64,000 bases of DNA, from assembly GCA_044220955.1 (NCBI GenBank), contig JBGAQA010000031.1, positions 1 to 64,000 of the forward strand, written 5' to 3'. Position 1 is the first letter of the stretch; each line of letters begins with the position of its first letter. Shown here piece by piece: positions 58,577-64,000 of this stretch. The notes under the pieces were generated by a model. The model searched no databases, was not told the DNA's origin, and was given only the letters and a program-made list of their open reading frames with translations. Origin of the DNA: Sandaracinaceae bacterium (GTDB taxonomy: Bacteria; Myxococcota_A; Polyangia; Polyangiales; Sandaracinaceae). Made by a program: the position numbers and the translations under genes.

Positions 58577-59875
58577 GTGCTCGTACCCGACACACGTCCA
58601 CCGACTGCCGCCAGCTCCGTGCCGCCGCGACCGTCCGTCGCCGACGCGAGGCCCGGACGCGCCTCCGAGGCGGACCTCGCGGTCGCGGTGGCGGCGATGA
58701 CGCACGGCGTGCTGGCACATCACGCCCAGACGGCGTCGCGCATCGAGCGTGTGCTCGCGATCGATCCCGGCGCGGCGATCGCGCACGCCGTGCGCGGCCT
58801 CGCCCTCTGCCTGCAGATGCGGGCCGACCTCGCGGACGCGATCGCGACCTCGCTCCTGCGCGCGGAGGTCACGCTGCACGACCATGGCGGGAGCGACACC
58901 GAGCATGCGCTCGTCGCCGCCCTGCGCGCGTACGCGGCCGGCAAGCCGTTCGAGGCGCTCGCCGTGCTCGACGCTCGCCTCGCGCGGGCGCCTGCGGATC
59001 TCCTCGTGCTCAAGCTCGGGCACGCGATCCACTTCCTGGTCGGCGACACGGCCGGGATGCGGCGAGCGGTGGACGCCGCGGTGGCGGCGCAGCCCGACGA
59101 CCTCGTGGGGCGCGGCTTCGCGCTCGGCTGCCAGGCCTTCGCGCGGATCGAGTCCGGCGCGGCGGACGAAGGCGAGCGGATCGCGCGGCAGGGCGTCGAG
59201 CGACAGCCGGACGACGCGTGGGGCGTCCACGCGGTCGCGCACGCCCTGGCGACCGAGCACCGGACGCGCGAGGGGATCGCGTGGCTGCGGGCGCGCCGCC
59301 CCGGTCTCGAGGGCGTGAACAACTTCGGCGGACACCTCGCCTGGCACGAGGCGCTCTGCCACCTCGAGGGCGGCGACGACGACGCGGCGCTCGCGCTCTA
59401 CGACACCGAGATCGTGACCTACCTCGCCGGCGACTATCGCGACGTCGTCAACGCCGTGACCCTGCTGCACCGCCTGCGCGCCCGTGGCCGCGACGTGCGC
59501 GATCGCGTCGCGCACCTCGCGCGCCACGTCGAAGCGCGGCACGGCGATCACGGATCGGCCTTCGCCGACGTCCACCACGTGCTCGCCCTCGCGGAGCACG
59601 ACGTGGATCGCGCGGCGGGATTCGCGCGATCGATGCGCGCGTCGGCGGCGCAGCGCTCGACCCACGAGGCGCACGTCGCACGCGAGGTGGCCTGCGACCT
59701 CGCCGACGGTATCGTGGCCGCGGCGAAGGGCGCGCCCGCGGCGCACCTCTTCGACGCGTGCCGCGAGCGCTGGCCGATGCTGGGAGGCAGTCGCATCCAG
59801 CGCGAGATCTTCGACGTCCTCGCGGACGAGGCGCACGAGAGAGAGCGGGCGGCGGACCGGGTCGGGAGGCCATGA
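58577..59875 (+). CDS. TTC38-like tetratricopeptide repeat protein
   Basis: P.DLL..K..H...F..GD, AF...E.G, DAWGVHAVAH, HLAWH.AL, D..NA..LL.RL, GGS..QR..F; start uncertain. Confidence 0.8.
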   Translation: MLVPDTRPPTAASSVPPRPSVADARPGRASEADLAVAVAAMTHGVLAHHAQTASRIERVLAIDPGAAIAHAVRGLALCLQMRADLADAIATSLLRAEVTLHDHGGSDTEHALVAALRAYAAGKPFEALAVLDARLARAPADLLVLKLGHAIHFLVGDTAGMRRAVDAAVAAQPDDLVGRGFALGCQAFARIESGAADEGERIARQGVERQPDDAWGVHAVAHALATEHRTREGIAWLRARRPGLEGVNNFGGHLAWHEALCHLEGGDDDAALALYDTEIVTYLAGDYRDVVNAVTLLHRLRARGRDVRDRVAHLARHVEARHGDHGSAFADVHHVLALAEHDVDRAAGFARSMRASAAQRSTHEAHVAREVACDLADGIVAAAKGAPAAHLFDACRERWPMLGGSRIQREIFDVLADEAHERERAADRVGRP

Positions 59876-60024
59876 CGCACGAGCCGGGCGCGGCGCGGCG
59901 CGACGCGCGGAGCCGCGCGAAGCCGTCCCCGACACCGCTCGCCCAGCGCACCGCGCGGCAAGCGCGCATGGCGCCGCGCCACGCGGACGGCCCGATGGGC
60001 CAGGGCCGGCTCGAGAAGGAATGA
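59872..60024 (+). CDS. Putative 50-aa basic small ORF
   Basis: ATGA overlaps with both flanking genes; no recognised family. Confidence 0.4.
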   Translation: MTHEPGAARRDARSRAKPSPTPLAQRTARQARMAPRHADGPMGQGRLEKE

Positions 60025-61631
60025 CGACGACGAGCGGCGCCGATCGAGTCGCGGCACGGCTCGCCGCCGCCGGGTGTCGCTTCGCGTTCGGCATCCCGGG
60101 CGGCGAGGTGCTCACGCTGATCGACGCCCTCGTGAGGGCCGGCATCCGCTTCGTCACGACACGCCACGAGACGGCCGCTGGCTTCATGGCCGAGGGGACG
60201 TGGCACGCGACCGGCGCCCCGGGGATCCTCGTCGCCACGATCGGGCCGGGCGTGTCCAACGCGGTCAACGCGATCGCGAACGCGCAGCAGGATCGCGTGC
60301 CGCTCGTCGTGCTGACGGGCTGCATCGATGACGCGGACGCCGAGTGGTACACGCACCAGGTCTTCGATCACGGCGCCGTGCTCGGGCCGATCACGAAGAG
60401 AACGATGCGCGCGCGCGCCGGCGGCTGCGGCGAGGCCATCGACGCGCTCGTGGCGTGCGCGCTCGAGGGCGTGCCCGGCCCGGTGCACCTCGATCTGCCG
60501 ATCGGCGTCGCCGGGATGCCCGAGGAGGCGGCGCCTGGCGCGTGCGCGAGCGACCGGCGATCGGCCATGGGACGCGACGAGCTGGCGCCGGCGCTCCGCG
60601 CGCTCGAAGAGGCGCGGCGGCCGCTCGTGCTCGCAGGGCTGGAGGTGCTGACGCAGGGCGCGGAGCGGGCGCTGCGTGCGTTCGTCGAGGCGCGCGCGAT
60701 CCCGCTGATCACGACGTACAAGGCCAAGGGCCTGATCGACGAGTCGAGCCCGCTCTCCCTCGGTGCCGCGGGGCTCTCCCCGCGCGCGGACGCGCTCCTC
60801 TTGCCGCTGGTGCGCGACGCGGACGTCGTGGTGCTCGCGGGCTACGACCCCATCGAGATGCGACGCGGCTGGCACCGCCCGTTCGGCCCCGGGGCGCGCG
60901 TCCTCGACGTCGGCGCCGATCGCCCGCCCTTCGCGATGGCGCCCCCGACCGATGCGTTCCCCGGCGACATCGCGGTGCACCTCGGCTGGCTGACGGCCAA
61001 GAGCGCGCGCCCGAGCTGGACCGACGGGCGCATCGCGGCCACGCGCGCGGTGCTGGCGGACGCCTTCGCGCCGGAGGCAGCGGGCCTCGGCCCGCTCGCG
61101 ATCGTCCACGCGCTGCGACGCGCGACGCCGCCGGACACCGTGGTGACGGTCGACACGGGCGCGCACCGCATCGTGCTCTCGCAGGCGTGGACCTGCGCGG
61201 AGCCGCGCACGCTGCTCCAGAGCTCGGGCCTCTGCACGATGGGGTACGCGCTGCCCACCGCGATCGGCCGCAAGCTCGCCGAGCCCTCGCGCCCGGTGGT
61301 CGCGGTGGTGGGCGACGGCGGCCTCGACATGACGCTCGGCGAGCTGCTCACGGCGCGCGACCTGCGTGTATCGATCGTCGTGGTGGTGATCGACGACGCC
61401 TCGCTCGCGCTGATCGAGATGAAGCAGCGCGCCGAGAAGCTACCGAGCGTGGGCGTGGACTCGGGCCAGACCCTCTACGCCGAGATCGCGCGCGCGATGG
61501 GCGGCCACGGAGTCCGCGTCGAGACGGCGGCGGAGCTGGAGGAGGCGGTGCGCGAGGGCCTCGCGCGCGCGGACACGTTCACGCTCGTGCACGCCCCGAT
61601 CGAGCGCCGGGCCTACGACGGGCGGATCTGA
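60021..61631 (+). CDS. Thiamine pyrophosphate-dependent enzyme (acetolactate synthase large-subunit-like)
   Basis: FGIPGGE, RHE..A.FMA, TIGPG.SN, GPVHLDLP, MGYALP.A.G, GDGG TPP motif. Confidence 0.9.
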   Translation: MTTTSGADRVAARLAAAGCRFAFGIPGGEVLTLIDALVRAGIRFVTTRHETAAGFMAEGTWHATGAPGILVATIGPGVSNAVNAIANAQQDRVPLVVLTGCIDDADAEWYTHQVFDHGAVLGPITKRTMRARAGGCGEAIDALVACALEGVPGPVHLDLPIGVAGMPEEAAPGACASDRRSAMGRDELAPALRALEEARRPLVLAGLEVLTQGAERALRAFVEARAIPLITTYKAKGLIDESSPLSLGAAGLSPRADALLLPLVRDADVVVLAGYDPIEMRRGWHRPFGPGARVLDVGADRPPFAMAPPTDAFPGDIAVHLGWLTAKSARPSWTDGRIAATRAVLADAFAPEAAGLGPLAIVHALRRATPPDTVVTVDTGAHRIVLSQAWTCAEPRTLLQSSGLCTMGYALPTAIGRKLAEPSRPVVAVVGDGGLDMTLGELLTARDLRVSIVVVVIDDASLALIEMKQRAEKLPSVGVDSGQTLYAEIARAMGGHGVRVETAAELEEAVREGLARADTFTLVHAPIERRAYDGRI

Positions 61632-62371
61632 TGTCGCCCTCGCCCTCGCCCTCGCCTCTCGCTCTCGCCCTCGCCCTCGCTCTCGCTCTCGTGGCGTGCG
61701 GCTCCTCCCCTCCCCCACCCCCCGCCATCGCCCCGCTCGAGCACCTCGATCTCACGACCGGCGGCGCGTCGCCGACCGACACCCTCCCGCTCGTCGTCGC
61801 GCTCCACGGCCGCGGCGACACGGTCGACCGCTTCGCGCGCGCCTTCCGCGACATGCCCACGCCGGCGCGCGTCGTGCTCCTGCGCGCGCCGGTCCACGAG
61901 GGCCAGAGCGGCGACGCGTGGTTCACGTTCCGGCACGAGCACACGTGGGAGCACGTCGCGGACGACCTCGACACGCAGTGCGACCGCATCGTCGCCACGG
62001 TGGACGCGATCGAGGCCGCACATCCCTCGCGCGGCCGCCCGATCCTCACGGGCTTCTCGCAGGGCGGGATGATCGCGTACGCGATGGCGCTGCGGCACCC
62101 GGACCGCTTCGCCGCGCTCTACCCGGTCTCGGGGATCCTGATCACCGAGCTCTACGCGCACGACCACATCGATGCCCCGCGCGTGCCGCCGATCGTCGCC
62201 TTCCACGGCACCCGCGACGAGATCATCCCGATCGACGCCGATCGCGAGGCGATCGCGACGCTTGAGGCGCGCGGCGTCCACGTCGAGCTCCGCCCGCACG
62301 ACGCGACCCACTGGCTCGACGGCGAGATGCGCGCCGATCTCTGGCAGCACATCGCCGCGCAGGTGGATTGA
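61631..62371 (+). CDS. Phospholipase/carboxylesterase-family alpha/beta hydrolase lipoprotein
   Basis: LVAC lipobox; LHGRG, AWF, GFSQG, HG..D..I, terminal His. Confidence 0.85.
   Translation: MSPSPSPSPLALALALALALVACGSSPPPPPAIAPLEHLDLTTGGASPTDTLPLVVALHGRGDTVDRFARAFRDMPTPARVVLLRAPVHEGQSGDAWFTFRHEHTWEHVADDLDTQCDRIVATVDAIEAAHPSRGRPILTGFSQGGMIAYAMALRHPDRFAALYPVSGILITELYAHDHIDAPRVPPIVAFHGTRDEIIPIDADREAIATLEARGVHVELRPHDATHWLDGEMRADLWQHIAAQVD
61634..61690 (+). repeat. Degenerate CTCGCY hexamer tract
   Basis: TCGCCC x3, TCGCCT, then CTCGCY x5; encodes [18 protein letters not shown]. Confidence 0.85.
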
Positions 62372-62378
62372 TTCGCGG

Positions 62379-62819
62379 TCAGTGGGCGGTGCGCGAGAGC
62401 TCGGGCCAGCGTGCGTCGGCCTGCTCGATGAAGTGCGCGCGGTCGGCGAGCCACTGCCTGCGGATGTCGAGCGAGTAGTTCAGGAAGAGCCGGCCGCCCT
62501 CGACGTGCCAGGCCTGCGGGTCGACGCGCGCCAGGCGCCCGTCGGCGGCCGCGAACGCGCAGTATCCGCCGTAGGCGGGCGCGTAGCGCGAGGGGCTCGC
62601 CGCGAAGAGAGCGCGGTGCTCCTCGCTCGCGAAGAGCCAGTGCCCGCCGTGCCAGTCGAACGCGTGCTCGGGGGCGCCGCGCACCGCCGCGTGATCCGTG
62701 AAGTACGCGACCGGGTCGTAGCCGCCGATCGCATCCGCGGTGCCGTTGGTGTTCACCTGTGCCGACGCGGGGAGGACGAAGAGGAGCGTGAGGACGAAGG
62801 CCGCCGAGACGAGCCGCAT
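62379..62819 (-). CDS. YHS domain-containing exported protein
   Basis: Signal peptide; AIGGYDPVAYF, FAS....F...P.RYAPAYGGYCA, DP..W....G.L.LN. Confidence 0.88.
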   Translation of the reverse strand: MRLVSAAFVLTLLFVLPASAQVNTNGTADAIGGYDPVAYFTDHAAVRGAPEHAFDWHGGHWLFASEEHRALFAASPSRYAPAYGGYCAFAAADGRLARVDPQAWHVEGGRLFLNYSLDIRRQWLADRAHFIEQADARWPELSRTAH

Positions 62820-62853
62820 GACACCCGAGGATACGCGCGGCCGGGCCGCGGCG

Positions 62854-63990
62854 TTACCGGAGCAGCCGATCGGGATCCACGTTCGCGGCGCGCCAGGCGG
62901 GCACGATCGAGATCCCCGCGAAGGGCACCACGACCGCCGCGAGCAAGAGCACCAGCTCCATCGGATCGCTCGAGGGCGCGAGCACGAGCGCGGGCCGCAC
63001 GTTGCTCCAGCCGAAGAGCGCCGGCGCCAGGAGCGGCGCGCCGAGCACGAACGCGTGCACGTACGCGAGGAGCAAGCCGAGCACGCTCCCCACGAGCGCC
63101 ACGAGCCCGGCCTCCGTCAGGCGCGCGCGCAGCACGTCGCGCGTGGTCCAGCCGATCGCCTTGAGCACGCCGATCTCGCGGCGCTCCTCGTCGGAGAGCC
63201 CCGTGAGGCGCTCCCACGCGAGCAGGAGGAGCGCGAGCAGCGCCGGCAAGAGCGTCGCGGAGAGCAGGCCCGCGCGCGCGTCGAAGGTGAGCTCGAAGCT
63301 GCGCCCGAGGCTCTCTCGCTCGATCACTCGCGCGCCGTGCACCGCGTCGACGACGGCCGCGGCCACGACGGCGCTCTCCTCGGGCGGGAACACGTCCACC
63401 GCGAAGTCGGTCGCGCGATCCGCAGGAACGTCGAGCAGCGCGCGCGCCGTGGCGGCGTCCACGAGCAAGACATCGCCCGCGAGGAGCGCGCTCTCGGGAT
63501 CCAGCACCGCGCCGATGCGCAGGATCCGCGGGACCGGCACGCCGCCGCTCCCGTCGTCCGTCGCCGCGACGGCCACGCGGTCGCCCGCACGCAGGCCGAG
63601 CGAGCGCGCGACGTCCGGTCCGATGGCGGCATCGCCGCCCGCGAGCATCGACGCGTCCTGCGTCGAGACGACCGTCACGTTGGCCTCGAGCGCGGCGAGA
63701 TAGAGGTACCCCCACACGCGCGGCCTCACCTCCCGGACGCTCGGGATCGCCGCGATGCGCGCCGCGTCCGCGACGTCGACGAGCGCCGCGCGTCCACCTT
63801 CGATGCGCTGCACCGTGAGCGAGGGCGCCTCGGCGGCGTAGCGCTGGCTCGCCGCGCGGAGCGCCTCGCTCGTGAAGAGCACGGTGGCGAACGCCAGCAC
63901 CGTCACGGCCAGGCCCATCACGATCGCGAGGTTGCGGCCGGCGCGGCGTCGCATCGCGCCGAGCGCATAGGCGAGCAGCGCGCGGCTCAC
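62854..63990 (-). CDS. ABC transporter permease (FtsX/MacB-like)
   Basis: N-terminal TM, periplasmic loop, ERREIGVLKAIGW, PAWRAA.VDP. Confidence 0.88.
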   Translation of the reverse strand: MSRALLAYALGAMRRRAGRNLAIVMGLAVTVLAFATVLFTSEALRAASQRYAAEAPSLTVQRIEGGRAALVDVADAARIAAIPSVREVRPRVWGYLYLAALEANVTVVSTQDASMLAGGDAAIGPDVARSLGLRAGDRVAVAATDDGSGGVPVPRILRIGAVLDPESALLAGDVLLVDAATARALLDVPADRATDFAVDVFPPEESAVVAAAVVDAVHGARVIERESLGRSFELTFDARAGLLSATLLPALLALLLLAWERLTGLSDEERREIGVLKAIGWTTRDVLRARLTEAGLVALVGSVLGLLLAYVHAFVLGAPLLAPALFGWSNVRPALVLAPSSDPMELVLLLAAVVVPFAGISIVPAWRAANVDPDRLLR

Positions 63991-64000
63991 GGCGCCTCCG

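Noticed and set aside
60021..61631. Assigning ilvB/ilvG
   Set aside because: No regulatory subunit or ilvC nearby and the sequence is divergent; only the TPP-enzyme family is supportable.
62379..62819. Possible selenoprotein (YHS family)
   Set aside because: The GGYCA position is a TGC Cys codon, not an in-frame TGA.

Overview
A very GC-rich (roughly 70-75% by eye) chromosomal segment typical of Myxococcota, most resembling Polyangiales/Sandaracinaceae. That assignment is inferred from gene content: eukaryote-type Ser/Thr kinases, FHA and PEGA/TPR proteins, a MYXO-CTERM-like protease, and many lipoproteins with Asp-Ala-Gly linkers and MopE-like Cys/Asp motifs. About 59 credible CDSs are present, including housekeeping genes (gltX, guaA, glgX, speE/speD, cobB, xdhC). 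Most long ORFs in the supplied track are GC-rich shadow frames or have over-extended starts. No rRNA, tRNA, CRISPR array or transposase was recognised. Main observations: (1) a tightly coupled four-gene membrane redox module with two small membrane proteins, an MsrQ-like cytochrome b fused to a Rieske domain, and a Cys/His-motif membrane-anchored protein, with no MsrP; (2) a bacterial homologue of the eukaryotic N-degron enzyme NTAQ1/WDYHV1 next to a PfpI gene; (3) a TAnnnT box 6-8 nt before at least 12 start codons, suggesting widespread leaderless mRNAs; (4) two different MITE-like palindromic elements, each overlapping a TAG stop codon between convergent genes; (5) an active/inactive DUF3857-transglutaminase paralogue pair; (6) a Flp-pilin N-terminus fused to a C-terminal membrane anchor; (7) hexamer microsatellites that encode signal-peptide-like regions; (8) a STAND NTPase at the left edge that the ORF track missed. 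All family calls come from motif recognition, not database searches.
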